Source of the DNA: Asterionella formosa
Taxonomy: Eukaryota
DNA: 20,151 nucleotides
Assembly (NCBI GenBank): GCA_002256025.1
Contig: NKIB01012347.1
Location: 62,001-82,151, forward strand
Direction of reading: 5' to 3'
Shown in pieces: positions 1 through 10,910 of the stretch. Each line of letters starts with the position of its first letter. The first letter of the stretch is position 1. The translations under genes were made by a program, and so were the position numbers. The notes below the pieces were generated by a model. It worked only from the letters and a program-made list of their open reading frames with translations. It ran no database searches and was not told the DNA's origin.

Positions 1-615
1 GGATTGCATGTTCCTTTGTTCCTGAAAGGGTCAATGAGCATAATTTGTTCCAGCAGATCTTCCAGATTAAGCATAAAGGAACACTATTTGTATAAAAAAA
101 GAAAGACATATCTCTAGAACACACTATTCTTATTGCATCAGAGCAAGTTTGGGCATTGAATCCATATTTTTATCGTGGGTAGTAATGCCTGCCATTATTC
201 TGCACTCTATGTATACACTAGATGTAGCTATTTCTTCATGGTTATGACCTGATGGCTGATCTCAATCATGCTTAGCACAAATACTGGTACCGGTAGTTCC
301 TTTTAGAAGTTGCAAAAAGCAAAACTGCAATGATGAATACGTAAATTCCATAATGTTGAGGTTCCCCTTGGTCATTGCTCGTTGCGATCAGCCATGGACG
401 GCACAAGGATTGTGCTAATGGCTGGTGGTACCAGGTAGTTTCAATTCGCGCCTCATGTGCATTCGTTCCACACTTACTGTAGGTACATGCTGACACATTC
501 CTTTTGTTTCTACTAACTCCTTACCGGTATATACAAAACAAATAATCAACCCAGTACCAGTATACCCGGTATATCTGATGCCATTGTGATGATGCTGGTC
601 CAATGAAACTCCGGC

Positions 616-704
616 TACCTGGTACCAGGTACCAGGGGGTACCTGGTACCAGGTACCTGGACCTGGTACTTGGTACCAGTTACCAGGTACCAGGTACCGG
701 TACC
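616..704. repeat. (GGTACCW)n palindromic short-repeat array, ~280 bp upstream of the ThrE-like gene
   Basis: About 11 exact or degenerate 7-mer units. TACCTGGTACCAGGTA occurs at 616-631 and 640-655. Confidence 0.95.
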
Positions 705-980
705 CAGCCATGTAACAACCATGATGGTCGTCGTCAGCCCGATATAGTAAGCAAGAGTCGACGAAGGAGCCGACAATTAAGAATCCAATTCTGCCCATAC
801 GATAGTTCGATATGCATAATAAGAATAACGGCTTCAACAATTAGAATTGAAAGGTCAGCAAGTACATCCATTGTTCGAGTCACAGCATCGAAGTCCAAAG
901 TGTGCTAGTGGAACAGATCACATGACTTGAACCGCAGTGATCGATCGGGCGAGACGAAGCAAACAAAGGGGAACATAGTC

Positions 981-2882
981 ATGTGGAGCAAGTCCAGTGA
1001 GGACGGCATGATAAACCAAGACGTAACTCATAGTTGTTCATCACAAGGTCTCGAATCAAATGTCGATCTTGATCGGGACGAACTAGAAAATGACACCCAA
1101 CTTCGTCACATCATCACGAGGAAGGACTTGAGTCGCACGACCCATGGCAGCGAGAGTAAATGGAGCAAAAACATGGTATCGCGGAGTTTTGGCATTGCTG
1201 AGCAGAAGCAATCCGACGAGGCCTTGCAAAGCAACACCAAGTCTCTTGCGCGCATGCTTTTGCTATTGCGAAACTACGAGTCGCGGTTTGGGATACCCGA
1301 TCGAGGCGGCCCAAAAGACCAACAATTGGTACTCAAGGCTATCAATAAAGAGTTGTACGCTGGAGGCACTCCTTTATGGGCACTTGCATCGGTCATGACT
1401 AAGGCCGCTGAGGGACTGACTGGAGAAGTAACCTTTAATTTCTGGCTGCTTCCACGCAAAACACTAATTTTCAACCCTTCCCTAGGGGGGACTGCTATGT
1501 ATTCGACGTCACGAGGATTTTGCTTGTACAAGATAGATAAGATGGAGCCCCTTGTGATTCGGTTAGCAAGCTTTGCTAGCAATACAAGTACGGTGACCAG
1601 TTTGCCCGCCCGTTTCCCTCATCCCGAGGAGTTTCGAAAGGCAGAATCAAGTGCCTCAGCAACTTTTGATAGTGCTCCCTTGTTGGAACGCGGAGATTTA
1701 GCGGGAGAGATATTGAATCTGGCATCAAAAGCAGAAGGGTTGTTCTCTTACATCACCGCACAAGCAAAGGCTGTCGCTGACGATCGTATACAGGTCCCTG
1801 CTGACCAATTTTGGAAGGTTGATGCTTCTACCCGTGAGATTTTTAGTAGATTGGCTACAATGGAGGCCATGACATCCATCGAAAAGGTCGATGCTGAAAC
1901 AAAAGTGACTTATCCAGAAGTTGCCAAACTTTTATTTCGGATGGCCAGTTCCTCAGGAGCATGTGCCGTTTGGTTCAATGGGTCATGGGTAGATGTACTC
2001 CTCTCTGGTTTCCTTGGTGTCCTCGTTGGTTTCATCAAGTCGTCGAGTGTGTTCACACTACAGGAACGGCTTCTGGTAGAAGTTGTTGCCAGTTTCTGTG
2101 TTGGCATTGCTGCTGGTTTGATATCACTTCAATGGCCAGACTCCACATGCTTTGGAGCAATGGCACTTTCTGGGGTACTTGATATATTACATGGTTTCAG
2201 GATTGTTTTTGCAATCATAGAAATCATGAGTAAGCAAACCATTTCGGGTGGGGCTGATTTTTTGGAAGGTATCCTGTTTACAGGCTTGATTTCTTTCTTC
2301 CTTGAGTTCGGTCAATACATCGCGGCATCCATAATGGGCGATGCAGGTCTTACTGCAGATGAACTTGATTGTAGCCATGAAATTAGCGAATGGTGGTATT
2401 TATTGTTTGTTCCCGTGGCTGCTATTTCGTGGTCTGGACTTTTCAACCCCAGATTTGAAGATCTGCCAGTCATGGGCTTTCACGGGGCTCTGGGATTTGC
2501 TGTCTCCTGGGCAATATCTCGAACTTCGGTAAGCGCTGGTTCTCTGAACAATTTTATTGCTGCACTAGCAGTGTCCTTATCAGCTGGAATCATTTCTCGT
2601 TTAAGTGGTCGGCAAGCAATTGGAAACACCGTGGCAGGTATCTTTGGACTTGTACCTGGTGCCTATTTGGTCAGGGGGCTCTACTCGAGCGAGTCGTCAT
2701 TCCTTGGGAGTACAATTCTTCGTTGTATCGTCATTGGAATCGGAGCCTGGACTGGAACCTTATTTTGCTCTCCCTCTCTCCTGGGAGCCCCCCTTGCTCT
2801 CCTTTCTAGGTCAAGAAGTGCACAACAGGCAGGAATCGGGGGAGATGGAATAAAGAAAAACGACTCTATGCTATTTTTCTAG
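981..2882 (+). CDS. Threonine/serine exporter (ThrE / fungal Prm10-like) multi-pass membrane protein, ~633 aa, apparently intronless
   Basis: The long ORF is called from TTG927, but the first in-frame ATG is at 981. A soluble N-terminus includes 'ELYAGGTPLWAL', matching the ThrE N-terminal 'L..YG.P...LE' pattern. About 10 hydrophobic segments follow in two repeats, with 'ACAVWFNGSWVDVLLSGFLG', 'VLDILHGFRIVFAIIEIMSKQTISG' and 'GIFGLVPG', typical of ThrE/ThrE_2. Confidence 0.85.
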   Translation: MWSKSSEDGMINQDVTHSCSSQGLESNVDLDRDELENDTQLRHIITRKDLSRTTHGSESKWSKNMVSRSFGIAEQKQSDEALQSNTKSLARMLLLLRNYESRFGIPDRGGPKDQQLVLKAINKELYAGGTPLWALASVMTKAAEGLTGEVTFNFWLLPRKTLIFNPSLGGTAMYSTSRGFCLYKIDKMEPLVIRLASFASNTSTVTSLPARFPHPEEFRKAESSASATFDSAPLLERGDLAGEILNLASKAEGLFSYITAQAKAVADDRIQVPADQFWKVDASTREIFSRLATMEAMTSIEKVDAETKVTYPEVAKLLFRMASSSGACAVWFNGSWVDVLLSGFLGVLVGFIKSSSVFTLQERLLVEVVASFCVGIAAGLISLQWPDSTCFGAMALSGVLDILHGFRIVFAIIEIMSKQTISGGADFLEGILFTGLISFFLEFGQYIAASIMGDAGLTADELDCSHEISEWWYLLFVPVAAISWSGLFNPRFEDLPVMGFHGALGFAVSWAISRTSVSAGSLNNFIAALAVSLSAGIISRLSGRQAIGNTVAGIFGLVPGAYLVRGLYSSESSFLGSTILRCIVIGIGAWTGTLFCSPSLLGAPLALLSRSRSAQQAGIGGDGIKKNDSMLFF

Positions 2883-3046
2883 CTTTTTCCACGTTGCAAA
2901 AACTTCTTAAGCGGAGACAACAGCAGAGGAAAACTGCGGCAGCCCTGCATAGTTTAACTACAGCTATAAGCAAATCTCCTTTTCGGGAAGGCCATTCTTT
3001 ATTTGCCAATTCCAATTACTAAAAGTGTTACTAGAGTTGGATGGCG

Positions 3047-3986
3047 TTACTTTGGCCGAGTGCTTTCCGAGTGATTTCCTTCTTTTTTGCAATTTCGAAT
3101 GAACTCTAACTTGCAACTTCTCATTTCCCCAGTGTGAAACCAACCCTTGAGTTTCTCATCACACTCACAAACACCATTGAAAGCAGTCAATAGCCAACCA
3201 GAATGCGATACAAGGCCGACATGAGTCTCGCAGCGTTGAGAGAACCACTCCATAAATGAATAGACTCTGTCTCCAACCTCCATTTTAGTTTCTCGACGAC
3301 TGTTCTTAAACATTTCATCTTCCTCTGTCTCCAAGAGCGCAAAATCTACCATCGGAAACTCCTTCGCTTGTCGAGACGTTGGACGGCGCTTATCGCATAC
3401 ATGGACTCCATTTTCTTCTCTTACCATTTCATGAGCTATGACTGGGACTTTACCTAGCAAGTGTTCAAAAATTATTACCCCTGTTTGGAGTGCGCGACAG
3501 TTGGGTGACAGAATGATAAGTTCAGGCTGCTTCGAAAAGGCTTGCACTTCTGGTTGAAGTGCGTAGGCCTGCTGTCTCCCTTTTTCAGTCAATGGTGCAT
3601 CCAATATTTCTTGCATTACATAGGGATTTTCTTTAGAATTGTGGAACTGGAAGGAATACGCATGGTGAGCCACCATCAGCAAGCAACGATGGAAATAAAC
3701 ACTTCAAGACTCATACCTGCACCCACTGTCGTCCTTCTTGTTGAGCCAAATCAGCCAACAAGTTGTGAAACCCTTGTCCATGTCGAACAAAGTGTACAGT
3801 CTTGACATTGTCCCCCGATGGTGCATTCGGATCGCCGAGAGAATATGCCTTGACGGACAATTCTCTACTTTGCATATTTTGACGGAGGGCATCCATTCCG
3901 TGCATATGTTCTGCACTTTCCTTTTGTGCAAGGGCGAGGGTTGCATTAGAGTGAACAATGATGCCGTTGTCATCAGGTGGGGCCAT
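3047..3986 (-). CDS. Histidine phosphatase / phosphoglycerate mutase-family protein, ~289 aa; exons complement(3717..3986, 3047..3646), 70 bp intron 3647..3716
   Basis: Exon 1 has the catalytic 'VHFVRHGQGFHN'. The donor CAG|GTATGA at 3716 and acceptor TTCCAG| at 3647 join it in frame to 'FHNSKENPY..LDAPLTEKGRQQA', 'LSPNCRALQT' and 'CDKRR', then the second catalytic His in 'VSHSG'. ATG3986 is the first ATG after an in-frame TAA at 4053-4055. Confidence 0.88.
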
Positions 3987-4136
3987 GGCAGAGTATGATT
4001 GACCAAACCAAAAAGCAACGATCACCGTTCGACTAGGAGATTTCCGAGGCCGTTAGCGAGGACAAACGATTTGAACTTTTTTTTGGTGCGTTGTGAGAGA
4101 TGCATCGACCATCCTAATATGGTAACAATGGAATGA

Positions 4137-4261
4137 TACCAGGTAATGGTAATTGCCTTCCGGTATCCGGTACCAGGTACCAGGTAGGTGGGGTACCGGC
4201 ACCTCAGGTGACCAGGTGACCTACCTTGTACCTGGTACCTGGTACCAGGTACCAGGTACCT
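4137..4261. repeat. (GGTACCW)n palindromic array, 150-275 bp upstream of the PGM-family gene
   Basis: Contains a perfect 32 bp palindrome GTACCTGGTACCTGGTACCAGGTACCAGGTAC at 4228-4259 plus degenerate units. Confidence 0.95.
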
Positions 4262-5341
4262 CCGTTTCTACAAGCACTATGTTACAACATGTATGATATA
4301 ATAAAGCTTGCTTATTAGAAGATGCCGCCAATATTCATTTCATATGCCGCTATTTCGAATAAATGATAAAAATGAATTTATGGGGCTCGTAGTCCGTTGT
4401 TTACTCATATTCCTATGTTAATATGTATAATACTCCGTACTTAATTACTATTTATCTCGCTTGAGGCCCATTTCAACTCATAGCACGAGGTAGGATTTAT
4501 TTATCAATTCAAAGTATTTCAATGCCCAAAGTATTACCGGTAGACTTCCGTTAACTGCTTTTGCAAAAAAGTTTGTGATGTTAAAATGAAGAAACGTTTT
4601 GAAATTTGCGTAAACCCTACCTCGTGCCAGGGGCAGAAATGGGCTGCAACCTTCAGTGATGAGTGCTATCAGGTTGGAAATACTTATATCCAGCTGCAAC
4701 ACTTCACCAATAAAATCCCTGCCTTCCCCTACATATCATGGCTGTCATTGTGGCTGACAGGATATTTTGTATTTACTCATAAACATCTTAAAATTTCAAA
4801 AACTTGCTTGGGTCATACTGGGTACTGGTAGTAGAATAATTATCTTACTGGAAGTCATCACTTTTCTCTTCGTAATGTTGTTGACCACACTAAGTATCAG
4901 TCGATCGAAAACCATAACATTTGAAATGGTGCTACTAGGGTAAGAAATGTCCCATGTCCCTGGTAGTAATCTGGGCACCAGCTGGGACAATGCAGGCCAA
5001 GTTACATCAAGACTGGTCACCACTTTCTCCTAGCTAGCACATGGCTCTGATACCTGTTACTATCTCAGATGCGCGCATTGAAACACCACTGCAATACCAG
5101 CAGTTACTAATGACATCTAATAATATCGTTGGGACTAGACTACTCCAGAATTGTTTTACTTCCGATACATTTGCCGTAGACCTCATTCAAGCTAGACTTG
5201 GCAAACTGTACTGCAACATCAATCAAAGGGACAGGGGCGACAAAAAAGAGACATCCCTTTATCACCCATCGACATTGTCTACGAAGATCGGATTTTCCAA
5301 CACAATTTACTTCATGTGTGGTCATCAAACATCAAGCGAAG

Positions 5342-6139
5342 CTACAAAGAAGCCTTGAAAGCTTGACTAACCTGTTCCACTCTGCGTTTCTTTTCTGGAT
5401 CCTTCATCATTTCCTCCATCTGTTGAAAGTTGGAAAGCATCAAAGTCAGCATTCAGTTAAAAGTTTACGCCAATGAGTCTTGTGCAGCACAGATGAGTCA
5501 CCAAGACGCAATACTTACAGCGCCAACATAATTTGCAAACGAAGGATCCTTGGTCATGGCAGCAATTTGTTGTTGAAAGTTGGGATCCTTCATCATTTTC
5601 GACATTTCAGCCATGACCTCTGGGTTTGCCATGCTAGCCATGGCTTCTTCCATTGCAGATGCTGCTCCCTTTTTCAGTTGCTCCCCTCCAACCTTGACCA
5701 TGTGCTCCATTTGCGCCTCCAATCGAGCGGCAGTTGTCGGGTCTTTCATCATATCAAGCGACTTCTTGACGTTTTCCTTGAAATCCTTCGTTTCGGCCAT
5801 TTTCTTCATTTGTTTCTTGAATTCCGGATTCTCCATCATCTTTTGAGCTTCCTTCATCATCTCAGGATCCTGTTGGCACCAAAAAAGCCGAAATATAACA
5901 GTTAGCAGACATAACGACTTTAAAAACTCTACATGATACAAGCTGCTACTCTCCGAAAACCAACCGTTCCTTACCTGAAGATCCTGCAAGAGTTGAGCGA
6001 GGAGGGCCGGATTCTTGGCAGCTTCTTGGAGTCCCGCCATGCCGACTTGGAGATCGCGAAGTGCCTCTTCGTCACTCTGAGAAAAAACTGGAGCAGCGAG
6101 AAGGAGACTGAAGGAAAGAATGGTCTTGAAGAGCATCAT
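5342..6139 (-). CDS. Signal-peptide-bearing, Met-rich STI1/HOP DP-repeat-like protein, ~197 aa; exons complement(5975..6139, 5519..5869, 5342..5419)
   Basis: Hydrophobic N-terminus MMLFKTILSFSLLLAAPVFS. Repeated (D/N)P-x-(M/F/L) helices: NPALL, DPEMM, NPEF, NPEVM, DPNF, DPSF. Intron 1 (5870..5974) has a GTAAG donor, GCTAAC branch and CAG acceptor. Intron 2 (5420..5518) is GTAAGT...CAG. The last exon reads MEEMMKDPEKKRRVEQVSQAFKASL*. Confidence 0.8.
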
Positions 6140-6402
6140 TGTAATTTGGGATATTGGATAAGTGTATTATGCGGCGAGATATCTTTTATTGCTTTCTCGA
6201 TGAAGGAGGGCTGCGATTGTTGAACTTTTTGAGAAAGGTGGAGACAGGGCGCAAAAGGGACATCACTTCTTTCCGTTATTGCTTTACGCCGAGACGCCCC
6301 GCGACGACACGGGGAACTTGCTGCCAAGCGCTCGCAAAGTTCAACTTGGTTATGAGTCAAAAAAGAGCTCGTGATATATAGGAACCTGGGGAGTCCAACT
6401 GC

Positions 6403-6561
6403 GGTACGGTACCAGGTACCAGTACTCAAAAGTCCAGTCATACCTACCAACCGGCGGTCCTGGTACCTGGTAGCTATGGTAGGAAGAAAACAGGTAAATG
6501 CAAATCATTGTTTGTAATAACAATGCATTCTTACTGGTATCAGGTACCTGGTACCAGGTAC
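6403..6561. repeat. Three (GGTACCW)n clusters in the divergent STI1/DnaJ intergenic region
   Basis: Clusters at 6403-6426, 6459-6472 and 6532-6561. The last includes the 18 bp palindrome GTACCTGGTACCAGGTAC at 6544-6561. Confidence 0.9.
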
Positions 6562-6894
6562 ACCGTAGAACAGAAGCATATCACAAGCGGTATTTACAGA
6601 TGATATCATGCATTGTTGCATGTTGTATGCAGAATTATTTGCAATATTTTTATCCTTTCATACACATATAATAAATACCGTACTGGGCAACTACTCGAGC
6701 AGTATGCCGGTATTGACTGCGTGGCGGTCATTTTTCGCCGTCAATCTAAGCGAGAATTTTTCGCAGACCTTCCATTTATCTGAACATTCTTGTCGTTGCC
6801 AACTTGCCAACTACATATTGATCTACCTACCGCTAATCCTTGATCAGACCATTTAAATTGTGCAAAATAGAAGGATTAGGTCACTTTGGTGAGG

Positions 6895-8075
6895 ATGGTG
6901 CGCGCTTATTCAAGCTTGATCTGTTTATTTCTGAGTTTCCTCTTGGTCCGAGCGGCGGACTACTACAAGCTCTTGGGCCTGTCACGTGACGCGACCATCA
7001 AGGAAATCAAAAAGGCATACCGACAAAAATCGCTGGAGTTGCACCCTGACAAGAACAAAGAAGAAGGAGCGTCCGACAAGTTCGCAGAGATCGCTCGCGC
7101 CTATGAAGTTTTGTCTGATGGAAACAAGAAGGAAGTGTACGATCAGTATGGAGAGGATGGGTTGAAACAGCACGAACAGGGAGGCGGTGGCGGGGGAGGC
7201 TTTGGCGGCTTTGAGGACGTCTTTTCCCAGTTTGGATTCAACTTTGGTGGGAGACAGCAACGCAATCGCGAGCAGTCGACGCCTTCGGTGGAGATACCCT
7301 TAACTTTGACCATGAAGCAGCTATACCTTGGAACCACCATTGAGGTGCAATATATTCGCGAAGTCCTGTGCGTCAACTGGCAAGAATGTACAAAAAACGC
7401 TCAAGATTGTCAAGGACCAGGTATTCGAGTTAAGATGCAACAGCTGGCGCCGGGATTCGTCCAGCAAATTCAACAGAGGGATGAAAGCTGCATTGCTCAT
7501 GGAAAAATGTGGATGCCCAACTGCAGGGCTTGCCCACATAAGACCACAACAGAGAAGGTTGACTTGACCGTCGAGGTCTCTCCAGGAATGAGACCAGGAG
7601 AGCAAATTACTTTTGAGGGTGTCGCCGACGAAAAACCGGGAATGACTGCTGGAGATTTGAACTTTTTGATCGTCATGAAAGATCACGAGGTCTACCATCG
7701 CGACAATGATAACCTTTACAAGACGATGGAAATTCCACTCGTGGATGCTTTGGTAGGTTCCTTGACCTTTGTCGTTTTCCAGTTATGAGTAGCTTTTATT
7801 TTTCTCACCAATCACTTTCCCCATTCTACATATAGACTGGTTTCTCGATCACCCTGAAACACCTGGACGATCACGAATTCACCGTCAATGTCGACGATGT
7901 CACGGAGTGTGACCACGTGCTGCGCGTTCCTGGCAAGGGTATGCCTAGACGAAATGGAAAAGGATTTGGAGATCTTTACTTGACGTTCGAAGTGGATTTT
8001 CCGGATACACTTTCTGCAAAGCAAAAGGAAGCGATCAAGAAGATTTTGGGAACGGATACTCACGATGAACTATAA
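6895..8075 (+). CDS. ER-luminal DnaJ/Hsp40 co-chaperone, ERdj3/DNAJB11-like, ~365 aa; exons 6895..7752 and 7836..8075 (83 bp intron)
   Basis: Signal peptide, J-domain ('DYYKLLGL..IKKAYR..HPDKN'), G/F-rich linker and Cys-rich 'CQGPG..QLAPGFVQQ'. The DnaJ C-terminal domain continues after TTG|GTAGG...TAG|ACT as 'TGFSITLKHLD..PGKGMP..FGDLYLTFEVDFP' and ends in HDEL*. Confidence 0.93.
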
Positions 8076-8694
8076 GAGAGACCAAAACACATGCTGTCTT
8101 TAGAAATTAGGAAGCAACACGACGAACTTTGAGAGCTGTGAGCGTACTTAAAAAAACAGAAATCATGAATCCATTCGTTTTGTGTAAAGGGACTTAAAAA
8201 ATTATGGTACTGGTTGCAAGGAGACTTATTAGTGTTGCCATGTACTTTCAAGATTTTTGCCAACTATCAGTAGTCATCCTCTACCTGGCTTTCGAGAGTT
8301 CCTAGAACAGGGAAACAATCGGCCTTCAAGCTTTTTTATAGCGGTCGCGACCAACTGGAATTGTATCTCATACCTGTTGGTGTGTTGAGATATGGCACCT
8401 ACTTAGTTTAAATGTTCAGACCAGCAATCCCAGTAAGACTATTGCAGGGCAATGATTCAACCTGTAATTATAGAGAGGGTGCTCGTCAAGAAATGCTTAC
8501 CAGAAATTCTATACTTTAGGCGAAATTACATAATGTGTCAATTTCTTGTGTTCTCAAAATGGAGAGAGCATTTAGGAGAATAGCAAATAAATCTCCGGTT
8601 AGAATCCCAAATATGATGATGTAAGGCAGGCAGTGCTGAAGGCAATGCACGCCCGAGGTGGTCTCTTACCTGAAAGAATACAGCTGTAAATGCG

Positions 8695-8831
8695 TTCGAG
8701 GCTGGTTGGCGCGAGTAGGTTGACCGTACGAGTGGCGCCCTGCTGCGAGAAGGTCACCCTACGAGTGCCATCCCAGCCGAGCACAAATGTATACGAGAAG
8801 GCAAGTAGCTGCCGAGAAGGGTATTGTTGAG
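8695..8831 (+). repeat. Cryptic degenerate tandem array, CGAG every ~16 bp
   Basis: CGAG at 8697, 8712, 8729, 8746, 8762, 8778, 8794 and 8813, plus TGAG at 8828. Two ~33 bp dimers (8711-8743 and 8745-8777) align well. Confidence 0.75.
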
Positions 8832-10728
8832 GCAATTCCCGCTCTAGCTATCGTCGCGTCATTCGCTTACCTACTGCCAAAAAATAAAGCATACGGGTAA
8901 ATGTCAATTCTAGCTTACTATTGCCCATCATATAAAGTAAATTTTGTTTATTTCCAATGTTCACATCGAAAATTGCCAAAGGTCCGATATTGCCCATCAT
9001 TAAAATATATGTTGTATATTTCATATGTGTTCGTATTTTGGCATTACAATTTGTAGCAATGCATTGCCCCTTGGTTTTCCAGCCCTGGGATTGCTGAGAT
9101 CGGCAAGGGGTCTAGTTAAGGAAACCATTTTATATACTATTCAGATTTTGGTAATTTATATATAGAATTCGCCACGTTTTTGTTCCTCTCCTGAAAAGTG
9201 CACTCCGGCAATTCACCATTCACCATGCCGATCGTCATCCATCATGACTGGTTTGAAGCAAAATTAGTTCAATGATGATGACAGTAGCAATTTGTTGTCT
9301 AACGGATGTGGTTGGTTGTTGGATTGCTTCTCTTCTCGAGGGATTCATGTAGTCGCATCATCCATATTTGGTTGGATGAATGATGATATATCAAAACATC
9401 TGATGTTGGTAGCAAGTTTTTGTTCCGGTCATGCATGTGATGATGCTTAACGGATTTTCTACCTCATCTAGCATACATATGTACTTGGTACTCGAAACAA
9501 CCATGTATGGTTTAAGCTAAATTTCAACGCTTACTTTGAACACATTATAATAATATTATCGCTGTAGACTCGGTATTATTTTTACGAGACAAGAATGTTA
9601 AATTATATCATTCACATATTCATTGATTCTATGTACCGTACGCCCAATTCCGTCCTCACAATTATAATTCTCATTCTATCCTGCCTGCCGTTGCTCTATT
9701 TGGGCTTGCAATAGGCAACGTTTGTCTTTCTTTGATCCAATCGTCTGCTGCTTGTTATGCTAGTTGAAGCGGATCGGTGAGTACAACAGTGAAACACTGA
9801 ATGTGGATTGTAGATACTAGTTGTCGAATTTCCGATTTGATTGCTTCTGTCGTTGTTTGTTGTTCCGCACTGTCGCTTTGTTTCAATTGTTTCTATCCAC
9901 ATAAGAACCAATGTATTTATCAATGACTACTCGTTTAAGATATATTATTGTGCCATTGTTGATTGTATTTGTTGATTTGTACAGTCATCATTGACAATGA
10001 TGTCAATATTGTCACCAAGCAATGCTTTTCTTGTACCAACACGCTTTGCTACATTTCAACTATGAGTCCATATCACAAGCTACATATATTCAGCTAGAGG
10101 GAGTCGATAGTGCTGGAGCAGCCTATTGTTCATACTCAAATCAGAATGGATTGGAATGAAATGATGATCAGGGTTGTTTGGTGGGAGGAACGAGGACTGT
10201 GGGCGGAAGGACTGCAACTTGTGTCAGGCTACTAGAGCGATGGGAATGGTTGCAACAACCAGATCATCTACGTGAAATAACAATGCAGGTCTACATTGGC
10301 TTCAGCTTTTTTCTCTTCTTTCGGTCTTTGATTGTGTGGTGATGGAAAGTCAATGTTGCCTGTGCAAGTACTACAATGTCACAATGTATATGTCGCCATG
10401 GAAACTCCTATTTTTTACTTCATTTCTAACCCAAAACAATTTTTTCTATTTCTCATTTGACGTTACTTATTCCATCGCATTTCATACTTTGGTTGCTCCA
10501 AACATCATGTTCAATTTTCATTGATATTGCATGTTTCAATCACTCTCATGTGCTTTACGCTTGTTGTACCATTTCTATGTATTTTACCGTTATTCTGACT
10601 GTCTTGCTAAAATCGGCAATTTTAATGCCGAAAAAAAAGTCCCATATTGCCCCTGATAAAAATTACTTAGAGCCCAAATTACTTAGAAGTAACCAAATGG
10701 CAAGACGATAGCTGGAACAGGAATTGCC
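8831..10728. mobile_element. Non-autonomous TIR DNA element (~1.9 kb), superfamily uncertain (GGC... termini reminiscent of PIF/Harbinger)
   Basis: 8831-8869 and 10690-10728 are inverted repeats matching at 31/39 positions. Subterminal TATTGCCC motifs occur at ~8919, ~8988 and ~10645. No credible ORF inside and no clean TSD. Confidence 0.7.
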
Positions 10729-10814
10729 CTGCCTGGCATCTTGTTCCTATCTGCAAACGACAAGTGCTCCATGCAGCAGCATGCACGTATCATATACACA
10801 CCTGGTACTCAGTA

Positions 10815-10910
10815 CCTGCAAGTTGCGGTCATTTTGCTTAAACTAACATTTTGATCTGCAATAAAGACATCTAAATCTTTAGTTTCAACAAAAGTACCCT
10901 AACTTGCAGG
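10815..10910. mobile_element. 96 bp hairpin MITE flanked by TA (Tc1/mariner-type, Stowaway-like)
   Basis: TA|CCTGCAAGTT ... AACTTGCAGG|TA. The arms match at 26/32 positions (first 10 perfect), and weaker pairing continues to a short central loop. Confidence 0.75.

Noticed and set aside
616..704. Palindromic repeats as a CRISPR array
   Set aside because: The units are 7 bp and abut without unique spacers, no cas genes are present, and the context is eukaryotic.
415..908. ORFs 415..840 (-) and 603..908 (+) with YQVPGT/PGTRY repeats
   Set aside because: They are translations of the stop-free GGTACCW repeat on both strands and have no protein-like features elsewhere.
1114..2853. Many short ORFs overlapping the long genes (also within 5480-5905, 6982-7698, 16012-16959, 17672-19143)
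   Set aside because: These are antisense or alternative-frame shadows of well-supported CDSs with no recognisable motifs.
4478..5330. Short ORFs between the PGM and STI1 genes
   Set aside because: No recognisable domain in the frames translated. It may be decayed repeat DNA but cannot be supported.
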